Source: Candidatus Versatilivorator sp.
GTDB taxonomy: Bacteria; Acidobacteriota; Terriglobia; Versatilivoradales; Versatilivoraceae
Reading direction: 5' to 3'
DNA length: 64,000 nucleotides
NCBI GenBank assembly: GCA_965207735.1
Contig: OZ242296.1
Coordinates: 2,272,001 to 2,336,000 of the forward strand
In this document: piece after piece, positions 21,679 to 30,699 of the stretch
Numbering within the stretch: the first letter of the stretch is position 1
Layout of the letters: every line of letters starts with the position of its first letter
Notes under the pieces: generated by a model
The model's input: the letters and a program-made list of their open reading frames with translations, nothing else
Told to the model about the DNA's origin: nothing
Databases searched by the model: none
Translations under genes and position numbers: made by a program

Positions 21679-23106
21679 TCAGCCGCCCAGCCAGCGGAAG
21701 GCCTGCGCCACGCAGAAGCAGACCAGAAGGCCCATTGCGATGGGGAGGAGCGCCGAGATCGCCGTCCACTTGACGCTGCGGGTTTCCTTCCAGATGGTGT
21801 ATAGGGTGGTGGAGCAGGGGTTGTGTAGCAGGCTGAACAGCATCAGGTTGATTCCGGTCAGCAGCGTCCAGCCGTCGGCCTCCAGCACCCCCAGGGTGGC
21901 CGAAGCGGAATCGAACTCGAACATGACGCCGGCGCCCTCCCCCACGCCCGTGAGACCGACGCTCAGAACGGTCAGCATCAGCACGGTGGGGATGACGATC
22001 TCGTTGGCGGGGATGGCGATGATATAGGCCAGCAGGATGACGCCGTTGAGTCCGATGAGCAATCCGAATGGGTTCATTCCCTGGATCAGGTGCTCAGCCA
22101 GGCTGCCGCCGCCGAAGTGAATGTTGGAGACCAGCCAGATGGCGGCGCCCGCCGGAACGGAAAACACCACCGCCCGCCAGAGCACGATCAGGGTGCGGTC
22201 GATGAGGGAGGTGTAGATGGTCTGGAGGATGCGGGGAGGGCGGTAGGGGGGCAGCTCCAGGCTGAAGGCCGAGGCCTCTCCCTTGAGCAGGGTGCGGGAC
22301 AGCCCCCAGGATACCAGGAAGGTGCACCCCACTCCCAGCAGGACCACCGCCATCACGGCTCCCGCCGACACCAGCCCGGCCAGGGCCGGATGGGCCAGGC
22401 TGCCGATGAAGATGGTGGCGATCAGGATCTGGGTGGGCCAGCGGCCGTTGCAGAGGGAGAAGTTGTTGGTCAGGGTGGCGATCAGCCGCTCCCGCGGACT
22501 GTCGATCACCCGGGTAGCCACCACGCCGGCCGCATTGCATCCGTAGCCCATGGCCATGGTAAGGGCCTGCTTGCCGTGGGCTCCGGCCTTCTTGAACCAG
22601 CGGTCCAGGTTGAAGGCCACCCGGGGCAGATAGCCGAAGTCCTCCAACAGGGTGAAGAGGGGGAAGAAGATGGCCATGGGGGGCAGCATCACGCTCACCA
22701 CCCAGGCCATGGCCAGGAACATGCCGTCGATGAGCAACCCGTCGAGCCACCAGGCAAGACCGGCCGCGCCCGCCGCCTGCTTCAAGAGGGGATGGAGGGT
22801 TTCCAGAAAGAGAGAAGACAGGAGCTTGGAGGGGACGTTGGCCCCGGTGATGGTTACCCACAACACCACCGCCATCAGCAGCATCATGATGGGGAAGCCC
22901 AGCCAGCGGCTGGTGACCAACCGGTCGATGGTGCGGTCCAGATCGAAGGCCGGCCGGGCTTCGTCCCGACTCAGGACCCGATCCGAGATCCGGGCGGCAT
23001 CGGTATAGAGCGCCTCCATCAGCGAGTCGTGGAGGTCGGGCCCCACCTCCCAGCGCAGATTGGCCGCCGCCGACAGCACTTCCTCCCGGGGGTTGGCACG
23101 GTTCAT
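21679..23106 (-). CDS. feoB: FeoB membrane domain (gate domains), encoded as a separate gene
   Basis: [47 protein letters not shown]. Confidence 0.92.
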   Translation of the reverse strand: MNRANPREEVLSAAANLRWEVGPDLHDSLMEALYTDAARISDRVLSRDEARPAFDLDRTIDRLVTSRWLGFPIMMLLMAVVLWVTITGANVPSKLLSSLFLETLHPLLKQAAGAAGLAWWLDGLLIDGMFLAMAWVVSVMLPPMAIFFPLFTLLEDFGYLPRVAFNLDRWFKKAGAHGKQALTMAMGYGCNAAGVVATRVIDSPRERLIATLTNNFSLCNGRWPTQILIATIFIGSLAHPALAGLVSAGAVMAVVLLGVGCTFLVSWGLSRTLLKGEASAFSLELPPYRPPRILQTIYTSLIDRTLIVLWRAVVFSVPAGAAIWLVSNIHFGGGSLAEHLIQGMNPFGLLIGLNGVILLAYIIAIPANEIVIPTVLMLTVLSVGLTGVGEGAGVMFEFDSASATLGVLEADGWTLLTGINLMLFSLLHNPCSTTLYTIWKETRSVKWTAISALLPIAMGLLVCFCVAQAFRWLGG

Positions 23107-23927
23107 CCCGCCCTCCCCGCCGGCGCCGCCGCTCCGATCCCTCCCGGGCTCCTCGCCAATCCGGCCAGCTCCCCCGACCGCACGGCCTCTTCGATCCTGG
23201 CGTCTCCCTCCAGCAGGCGCAGGGCCACCCAGCGGGCATTGGGAAGTTCGGGAAAAGCCGCCCTCAGCTTTTCCACCAGCAGGCTGACGGCGCGCTTGAG
23301 CGCCGGGGGCTCGCTCTGAATGCGATGAGGCTTGCAGACGAAACTGCCGGTGGCGACCTGGTGGATCATGTCGATCACCTGGGGGACGCCCCGCCCCTGG
23401 CGGGCCGCGGCGGGCACCACCGGGACGCCCAGCTCCCGCGCCAGGGATCGTTCGTCGACGGTCATACGATGCCGTTCGGCTTCATCCATGAGGTTGAGGC
23501 AGACCACCGCCCGCCCGGTGATTTCCAGCACCTGGCAGACCAGGTTGAGGTTGCGCTCCAGCCGGGTGGCGTCCACCACGATCACGGTCACGTCGGGCTG
23601 GCCGAACAGGATGAAGTCGCGCGCGATCTCCTCGTCGGTGCTGGTGGACAGCAGCGAGTAGGTGCCCGGCAGGTCGACCAGCTTGTAGTTGCTGCCCTGG
23701 TAGGCGAAGCCGCCCTCGGCCCGGGTCACGGTCTTGCCCGGCCAGTTGCCGGTATGCTGGCGAAGGCCGGTGAGGCTGTTGAACAGGGTGCTCTTGCCGG
23801 TGTTGGGGTTGCCGGCCAGGGCCACCACGAAGTCGTAGCGGTCCATGTTCACCCCCAGCCGCTTCAGATTGGCCGGATGGTGGGCGGGACAGACCTCGCA
23901 GGCACTCGGAGGATGAGTCGGTTGCAT
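23103..23927 (-). CDS. feoB: FeoB N-terminal GTPase domain, encoded as a separate gene
   Basis: [28 protein letters not shown] (G1-G4); ATGA overlap with the membrane-domain gene. Confidence 0.92.
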   Translation of the reverse strand: MQPTHPPSACEVCPAHHPANLKRLGVNMDRYDFVVALAGNPNTGKSTLFNSLTGLRQHTGNWPGKTVTRAEGGFAYQGSNYKLVDLPGTYSLLSTSTDEEIARDFILFGQPDVTVIVVDATRLERNLNLVCQVLEITGRAVVCLNLMDEAERHRMTVDERSLARELGVPVVPAAARQGRGVPQVIDMIHQVATGSFVCKPHRIQSEPPALKRAVSLLVEKLRAAFPELPNARWVALRLLEGDARIEEAVRSGELAGLARSPGGIGAAAPAGRAG

Positions 23928-24952
23928 CAGGCCACCTGCCTTTTGGAGCTGATCCGGATATTGGCCGATTGCTCCCCGCGCAGCGCGATCAGCGCTCCCC
24001 GAATCCGGAAAGCCGTCGGATCTCCGACCGGGCTCCTCATCTCGGCGGCCACCACCGTTCCGGGAAGGAGGCCCAGGTCCATGAGGCGGCGCCTTTCCAG
24101 GCCCCGGCAGTTGGGAGTCAGCCCGACCACGGTGGCTTCCTCTCCGGGCTTGAGGACCGCCAGGGTTTCCAGGGACTCCTCAACCGGCTGCTCCCGCGGC
24201 AGAGGGACCACCGAGACGTTGGCCGCCACGATGGGCGCCAGCACGTGCTCCTCGCCTTCGGCCCAGAAGCAGATGCGCTCGGCCGAGACGTGGGTCAACT
24301 GGACCGCCATCAGGGGATGGAGCCCCTCGGCCACCAACTGGGCATAGACGGCCTCGGGCTCGTCCTCCAGGTGGGCGATCCGGGCCCGCTCCCCCACCGC
24401 CAGGCTGGTGAGCGGTTGTCCCCGGCGCGGCGGGAGCTGTCCCTGGCGGGTGGGAATGGGGTCGCCGTGGGGATCGAAGGGCGGGTTGCCCATGCGAGCC
24501 GCCAGCGCGTTGGCTTCGCTGGAGGAGAGGCGATGCTCCTGCTGCTCGGCGCGCTTGTGCCAATCCGACTCCTTCAGCCCTGTTTCCTCCGAGAGGTAGC
24601 GCTCCCAGAGACGATGGGCCCGGATGACGCGCAGGGCGTACTCCCTTCCCTTGGGGGTCAATCGGAGCGAGGCGCCTTCGGAAGTGACCAGCTCGCCGGC
24701 CTCGATGCGCTGAACCAGCCCGGCCACCTTCTCCACGGGTGTGCCCAGAGCGCCCGAAAGGCTCTGTACCGTGGCTACCCGCTGCTCGTACTCGCAATGG
24801 TAGAGGTGCTTGAGGGCATCCTCCGACAGCACCCGTTCCGACAGGCGCAGCAGGCTGCGCCAGCGCTCCATCCAGCCGCGGCCGGGGCGAAACAGGAGAT
24901 AGGTCGCCAGGGTGGCCAGAGCCACCAGGATGAGACCGGTCACCTCGCTCAT
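23927..24952 (-). CDS. DtxR-family metal-binding domain fused to two FeoA domains, with N-terminal hydrophobic helix
   Basis: [32 protein letters not shown], then [12 protein letters not shown]...[13 protein letters not shown] (FeoA). Confidence 0.88.
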   Translation of the reverse strand: MSEVTGLILVALATLATYLLFRPGRGWMERWRSLLRLSERVLSEDALKHLYHCEYEQRVATVQSLSGALGTPVEKVAGLVQRIEAGELVTSEGASLRLTPKGREYALRVIRAHRLWERYLSEETGLKESDWHKRAEQQEHRLSSSEANALAARMGNPPFDPHGDPIPTRQGQLPPRRGQPLTSLAVGERARIAHLEDEPEAVYAQLVAEGLHPLMAVQLTHVSAERICFWAEGEEHVLAPIVAANVSVVPLPREQPVEESLETLAVLKPGEEATVVGLTPNCRGLERRRLMDLGLLPGTVVAAEMRSPVGDPTAFRIRGALIALRGEQSANIRISSKRQVA

Positions 24953-25003
24953 GGGAACCTCTTGCGTGCCCGGACAAAGGAGTCACGGGCGGCCCAACGC
25001 GGC

Positions 25004-25777
25004 TCACGCCTCCTCATTCCCCGTGACCCGGCCGGAGCGGTCACCGGCCTGCCGGGCTGCAGCGCCCTCCGGGAGGGGTGCGGGCGGGCGCTGCTTCAGG
25101 GGCACCACGAAGATGCTCCCGGAAGCCTCGAGGCCCAGGTAGACCGGCTCCCGGCCAGCCTCGGGAAGCAGCTTCAAAGGCCCTTGAAACGGGGCTTTCT
25201 CCTGCAGAGAGAAGCGGATGGCCGGGCGCAGCCCCACCTTGTCCAGGTAGGCCAGGAACTCGGCGTCGCTGTTGGTGACCTTGCGGATGATGTAGCTCCC
25301 CGGTTCGGCCTCGGCCAGACAGAGGTCGTCCTCCACCTGCCGAAACCCGCGGGCATCGGGGATGGCCTCTCCGTGGGGGTCCTGGGCGGGATAGTCCAGT
25401 AGGGCGTCGATCCGGGATATGAACAGGTCGGAGACGGCGTGCTCCAGCCGTTCGGCCTCCTGGTGAACCTGCTCCCAACCGTAGCCCAGGACCTGGTGGA
25501 GGAACATCTCCAGCAGGCGGTGGCGGCGCAGCATTCGCACGGCCATCTGACGCCCCTTCCGCGTCAGGGTCGCCCCGTAGTAGGGCTTGTATTCCAGCAG
25601 CCCGGCCTTCTTCAACTTCCTCAGCATGTCGGTGACGGTGGCGTCAGCCACGTCCAGGTGACGCGCCACTCGGGAGGTGCTGGCCCTCTGCTTCATATCC
25701 TCGATCTTGAGGACGACCTTCAGATAGTCCTCCACCGTGCTAGAGACCGTTGTCTTGCGCTGCGATTCAGCCGCCAC
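25004..25777 (-). CDS. DtxR/MntR-family metal-dependent transcriptional repressor
   Basis: EDYLK, TVTDMLRKL, RRHRLLEMFL, EAERLEH, DPHGEAIP, C-terminal SH3/FeoA-like domain. Confidence 0.92.
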   Translation of the reverse strand: MAAESQRKTTVSSTVEDYLKVVLKIEDMKQRASTSRVARHLDVADATVTDMLRKLKKAGLLEYKPYYGATLTRKGRQMAVRMLRRHRLLEMFLHQVLGYGWEQVHQEAERLEHAVSDLFISRIDALLDYPAQDPHGEAIPDARGFRQVEDDLCLAEAEPGSYIIRKVTNSDAEFLAYLDKVGLRPAIRFSLQEKAPFQGPLKLLPEAGREPVYLGLEASGSIFVVPLKQRPPAPLPEGAAARQAGDRSGRVTGNEEA

Positions 25778-25807
25778 CGGAGTGCCTTTCGGTTACCTTC
25801 GACTCAA

Positions 25808-25904
25808 TTTAGAGTAGCCGAAAAAGACACCCTCCGCAAGACTCCAATGTGTTCTCTACAGGTTAGCAAGAGCTCTATGGAAATTTATTAGACTCATCTA
25901 AAAA
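25808..25904. promoter_or_regulatory. Two candidate DtxR/MntR-family operators (TTAGA-N4-TCTAA)
   Basis: Perfect TTAGActcaTCTAA at 25888-25901 and imperfect TTAGAgtagCCGAA at 25809-25822, in AT-rich DNA directly upstream of the repressor gene. Confidence 0.65.
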
Positions 25905-26166
25905 TGGGAAGAGGGGGGAGCACTGACCCGGCAGGGAATGAATTTGAAAAGGGGGGTGGAGACTCGGTCGACCCGCTCGGCTTATCGGCCGACAAGATTG
26001 GGCCCGACCTTTCTTCTTCGGCGCTCCGAGCGGCTGCTATATTTCCCGTCTACGACAGGCTCGCACTTTCAGGAGTTCACCTGTGGGCTGTCCTTCAGTT
26101 GTCTGACAAACAGAGCCGCCGCCTGGAAACCACAGCCGGTCAGGCATAGCGCCATTGGGGGTATTG

Positions 26167-27096
26167 ATGGGGATCCAGACCCGCTCAAACACCGGTAGCG
26201 GGATTCGGGCGGTGCTGCTGATCGCCTTTGTCGCATTGGTTTCGGCCCGAACCGGGCTTGCCGACGACCCGGAGGTAAAAAGGGAATTGCGCAAGCATTT
26301 TGGGCACGAACTGGATCCTGAACAGGTCCGCCGAGACGCCCGGGCGGGGGACGCTTCCGCTCAGTTCGCCCTTGGCGTCATGTATGACCTGGGCCGAGAG
26401 GTTACAAAGGATGACCTGCAGGCCGCAGAATGGTACCGCAAGGCAGCGGAAAGTGGGGTAGTACGGGCTCAGGCAGCCCTAGGTGTCATGTTCTTCAATG
26501 GTTGGGGCGTCACACGGGATTACGTGACGGCCTACGCCTGGACCGATCTGGCGGAGACGAGGGGACGGGAGACAACAATCAGTCACCCGAACCGGCCGGA
26601 CGAGAAAAAAGTCGTCAGGCTCAAAAAGTGGCTCAGAAAGCAAATGAACTCCGAGCAAAGGGCCGACGCGCGAAGACTGGCTGCAGAACTCCAGGAGCGC
26701 ATCAAGCCCACTCCACCGATTCTGGGAAAACACCATTACTTGCCCAAGCACATCCAGGTTCATCTCCGTGACGAGGTCACAAACCTACCGACTCCACGCA
26801 AGCAAGTCGGGCCTCGCTACACAAAAAAGGCGCGTAACGCCGGAATTCAGGGAACCGTCCTGCTTCTGGCCATTGTCCGAATGGATGGAACCCTTGAGGT
26901 CGTCAAGGTCTTGCGCGGGCTAGGTCTGGGATTGGATGAAAATTCCGTCAAGGCTCTCAAGAAATGGCGGTTTCATCCTGGAACGAGGGAAGGAATACCC
27001 GTCGATGTGGGCTTGAAGATCGAAGTGAGTTTCAGTCTCGGGGGTCGCACAAAGGATTACCTGACCAGTTATGAAGATATTTTGAAGGGGAAGTAG
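26167..27096 (+). CDS. Sel1-repeat protein fused to a TonB C-terminal domain
   Basis: Signal peptide; AQFALGVMY..G...AAEWYRKAAESG; then PRYTKKARNAGIQGTV...GLDENSVKALKKWRFHPG. Confidence 0.85.
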   Translation: MGIQTRSNTGSGIRAVLLIAFVALVSARTGLADDPEVKRELRKHFGHELDPEQVRRDARAGDASAQFALGVMYDLGREVTKDDLQAAEWYRKAAESGVVRAQAALGVMFFNGWGVTRDYVTAYAWTDLAETRGRETTISHPNRPDEKKVVRLKKWLRKQMNSEQRADARRLAAELQERIKPTPPILGKHHYLPKHIQVHLRDEVTNLPTPRKQVGPRYTKKARNAGIQGTVLLLAIVRMDGTLEVVKVLRGLGLGLDENSVKALKKWRFHPGTREGIPVDVGLKIEVSFSLGGRTKDYLTSYEDILKGK

Positions 27097-27442
27097 TGGT
27101 GCCTGACCGGGGGATGGTGAGCCACATGCCATCTATCCCCCCTTGAGGCGGAATCGGCAAGACCAGCGTAAAGCCTGCGGTCGAGCCGGTGAGAGGGGAA
27201 CTGCCGGTCCCGCGAATGAATTGCAGCTCCACGGGCAGCCCCAGGCAAGCGGCAGCAATCATTGCTGGCGTTCAGTTCAGGAGGGTAGGCTTTCTTGGGT
27301 TGATCCCTTGCTTTCGACTTGTTCGCTGTCTGAGGGAGCTATGAGAATTGTACCACTACCGAGCCCACGGATGATGGCGTGCTAGCATAGAAAGCAGGGG
27401 TGTACGAACGCCTCTTCATACCGAAAGACAAGGATTCTTCCA

Positions 27443-27892
27443 ATGTCCCAACATCATGTCGAGCTGCAGTGGCAGCGTGAATCCGCGGATTTTACCTATC
27501 AGAGCTACAACCGGGACCACCGGTGGGTTTTCGATGGAGGGGCCGAGGTGCCGGCTTCGGCCTCCCCGGGCTTTCTGGGAAATCCCGCCTGCGTGGACCC
27601 GGAGGAGGCCCTCGTCGCCGCCCTCTCCAGTTGCCACCTGTTGACCTTCCTGGCCATCGCGGCCAAGCGGCGCTTCGTGGTGGATGCCTACAGCGACCGG
27701 CCGGTCGGCCACCTGGAACGGGACGGGGAGGGCCGTTTCGCCCTGACCCGGGTCAGCCTGAGACCCCAAATCGTTTTCGGCGGGGAGCAGGCGCCTTCGC
27801 CCGAGCAGCTCCGGCAGATGCACGAAATGGCCCACCGCCAGTGCTTCATCGCCAATTCGGTGAAGACGCGGGTTACGGTCGAGACTGACTAG
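27443..27892 (+). CDS. OsmC/Ohr-family protein
   Basis: DPEEALVAALSSCHLLTFL, AHRQCFIANSVK. Confidence 0.92.
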   Translation: MSQHHVELQWQRESADFTYQSYNRDHRWVFDGGAEVPASASPGFLGNPACVDPEEALVAALSSCHLLTFLAIAAKRRFVVDAYSDRPVGHLERDGEGRFALTRVSLRPQIVFGGEQAPSPEQLRQMHEMAHRQCFIANSVKTRVTVETD

Positions 27893-27925
27893 CGGCGGGG
27901 CTCACCAGATCGCGGATCAAGAGGA

Positions 27926-28670
27926 TTGCTGCCGCCGCCTACGCGGCTCAACACCATCACCAACCTGATCCATGGGTTGACGCCCGCGGCTACCTGCTGC
28001 CGCGGCTTCGCCGCTCGAAAAGGAAGCCGGCACGAGCGGCGTTTTCTCGGGTGCGAACCATCAATCCCGGCCACACCGCACCACTCGAACCCCTGGGCCA
28101 TTATCCAAAAAAAGCACGTTTCCGCTTGCAGTGTCGTGACTTACGGGAGCGCTGCGAAGCTGCGGTTGGCGTGGCTAACCGAGGCAAATAGGGGACGTTG
28201 TTGAATTACTGGAATAACTTCGATCACCAACCTGATCCATGGGCTGACGCCCACGGCTACCTGCTGCCGCGGCTTCGCCGTTTGAAAAGGAAGCCGGCAC
28301 GAGCGGCGTTTTCTCGGGTGCGAACCATCAATCCCGGGCTCACCGTTCCACTCGAACCCCTGAGCCATTATCCAAGAAAAAGCACGTTTCCGCTTGCAGT
28401 GTCGTGGGTTTGGGGGAGCTGCGAAGCTGCGGTTGGAGCCGGTAACCCAGCGAGACGTCCCCTACGAGCCATCCTTATAGAGCTGCGGAGCAGCGGCCTC
28501 GTGTAGCCCCGGGCGGCAGCCCGGGATCGTATCCATTTTGCGCGAACCCAGCCGCGAATGCGGCGAATAGGAAGCACCCGTTCCGGAACGCATTGCCTCT
28601 CCAAAGAAACGCCGCCCCACGCCACAATCACCTGCTGCCGCCGCTTCGCGGCTCCACTGGAACCCCGCGC
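27926..28670. repeat. Two ~213-bp direct repeats (27956-28169 and 28223-28436) built on REP family A, plus further palindromes
   Basis: Near-identical segments offset by 267 bp, between the convergent osmC and MBL genes. Confidence 0.85.
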
Positions 28671-28702
28671 CGGCGCGCGGGGGCCGAGGGTGCGCACAGG
28701 CC

Positions 28703-30628
28703 TCACTCGGCCACCGTCACCAGGGCTTCCGCCAGCGGTCCCTGGGTGACGCCGTCCACGACGATCTCGGCCGTCATCAAGCGGCGCACTCCGTCGGCGG
28801 CCTCGGGGGCGGTGGCCGACAGTCGGACCTCACCCTTCCCCCCGGCAGGCAGTGCAAGCTCGGAGAACTCGCTACGGGCGCTCCATCCGTCGGGAGGTAT
28901 CAGGCGCGCCTGGAAGGTGGCTTCGGTTTCCAGGTTGTTGCGGAGCAGCAGCCGGTATTCCAGAGACTGCCCCGGCTTGACCTCGGCCAGGTAGGGCAGC
29001 ATCCGCGCCCAGAACAGGTCGATGTACTTGTCGCTGGGTTCGGCCACCAGGTTCCGGAAGACCCGCTCCTTGCGGTTAATGAAGTCCGAGTACTCCCGCA
29101 ACAGCGAGGGGTCGCACTTCCAGACTCCAATGTGACCGGGACAGATCAGGTCGGGGGCCACCTGGTTCATGACCTCGATGCAGCGGCGGTGCATGTCGAG
29201 CTGAAAGCTGTTGCGCAGCACCGTGGTCTGATAGGGCCTGGTCTCCGCCTTGCCGGCGACCAGCGCTTCCTGCAGGAAGTAATTGTCGCCGGTGAAGGCC
29301 ACCCACTGGCCGTCGATCTCCCCGCTCAGGACCGAGTGGTACTCGGTCTGGCCGGGGGCGAAGTGGATGTCGAAGGTGTACTCCTCCCAGTCGAACCGCT
29401 CCCGGTCGCTCAGGGTCCGGTCGATGCGGATGGGCTTGTGGAAGGTGCAGGGGGTGGAGCTCCAGGCGGCGGGGTCGGCCAGAACCTGGGCCACCGCATC
29501 CAGGGCCCAGCAGCGGGTGCCGTAGAACTGCTGCAGGTGAGGGATGCCGCAGGTGTGGTCGTCGTGGATATGGGTGGGAATCGCCAGGTCCAGGGTGTGC
29601 ACCCCGTACTCCTTGCGGAGCTGCTTGAGATGGTGCTCGATGAACCGCATCACCTCCAGCCCGTTGTGGTCGGCGAAGGTGTGCATGTGGGGATGGAAGG
29701 CGTGGCCGTAGTCGACGAACAGCGCCTTTCCCGAATCGGAGAGGATCACGTAGAAGAAGGAACAGGTCCAGGAGCCTCCCCAGAGGAGGTGTTTGGAAAG
29801 CTCCACGAACCTGGGCTCGGGCAGGTAGAGCATCTCGGGAATGCTCTCCCTCCCGCCGACCCGCATGCCCCGGCCCAACGAGACCAGTTGAAGCAGGGAC
29901 TTCTCCAGTCGGTCGATGTCGCCCACTGGGTCTTCGATCGGTCCTCCGTGGGAAGGTAGTCCCAGGGGCGTCCCCGAGACGGAGTGGGTGTGGCCACCCA
30001 CCACTTCCCCGCTGAGCGCGTCCCTCAGGACCTGGATGGACTGCAGGGTGAAGAGGGCGCCGGTCATGTCTCCATAGGTGTATTCCATGGCGTGGAGCTG
30101 GTAGAGCTTGCCCCCGTTCACCATGAGGTCTCCGCTGAAGACCACCAGCCGCCCGTCGATCTCCGCCAGCAGCGCCACCGAGCCTTGCGTGTGCCCCTTG
30201 GCCGGCAGCACGTAAAAGCGGTAGCTGCGCCAGGCAAACTCCTCGTAGTCGTTCAGCGTGGCCGAGACCGGCAGATCCCGGGCCACCGTCAAGAAGTTGT
30301 TGCGGTCGTCATAGTTGTCGTAGACCCGGCGGGTCTGCCAGAACAGCTCGGCCTTCTCGAAGAGATGGCTCTCGTACTGGGGGACCGCCAGCCTGGCCCC
30401 GGCCTCGATCAGCCGGGGGTCGCCCCAGCACTGATCCCGGTGGTGGTGGGTGTGGAGGACCCACTCCACCTTGCTGCAACCGATTTCGGCCAGAGAGTCC
30501 AGCACGGCGCCGGAGCCGGCGTCGATCAGCAGAGCCGACTCGCCGTCCTTGACGACATAGACATTGCAGGTGTCGGTGAAACGGTAGAGATTCTCGGAAA
30601 TTCTTTCCATGGTGGCCATGGGCGTCAC
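28703..30628 (-). CDS. Tandem metallo-beta-lactamase-fold hydrolase with C-terminal Ig-like domain
   Basis: LIDAG...THHHRDQ...GHTQGS...SGDL and VDYG...THIHDDH...TGDN...PGH. Confidence 0.85.
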   Translation of the reverse strand: MTPMATMERISENLYRFTDTCNVYVVKDGESALLIDAGSGAVLDSLAEIGCSKVEWVLHTHHHRDQCWGDPRLIEAGARLAVPQYESHLFEKAELFWQTRRVYDNYDDRNNFLTVARDLPVSATLNDYEEFAWRSYRFYVLPAKGHTQGSVALLAEIDGRLVVFSGDLMVNGGKLYQLHAMEYTYGDMTGALFTLQSIQVLRDALSGEVVGGHTHSVSGTPLGLPSHGGPIEDPVGDIDRLEKSLLQLVSLGRGMRVGGRESIPEMLYLPEPRFVELSKHLLWGGSWTCSFFYVILSDSGKALFVDYGHAFHPHMHTFADHNGLEVMRFIEHHLKQLRKEYGVHTLDLAIPTHIHDDHTCGIPHLQQFYGTRCWALDAVAQVLADPAAWSSTPCTFHKPIRIDRTLSDRERFDWEEYTFDIHFAPGQTEYHSVLSGEIDGQWVAFTGDNYFLQEALVAGKAETRPYQTTVLRNSFQLDMHRRCIEVMNQVAPDLICPGHIGVWKCDPSLLREYSDFINRKERVFRNLVAEPSDKYIDLFWARMLPYLAEVKPGQSLEYRLLLRNNLETEATFQARLIPPDGWSARSEFSELALPAGGKGEVRLSATAPEAADGVRRLMTAEIVVDGVTQGPLAEALVTVAE

Positions 30629-30699
30629 ACTCCCTGAAGATCAAGATTGAGCTGAAATGGCCCGCAGAATACCATCTTCTCCCGGAGCCACCAAGGAGG

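Noticed and set aside
27926-28700. Short ORFs in repeat regions (also 8480-8920, 39177-39715, 47466-48315, 61791-62439)
   Set aside because: They are translations of palindromic repeats with no RBS or protein-like composition
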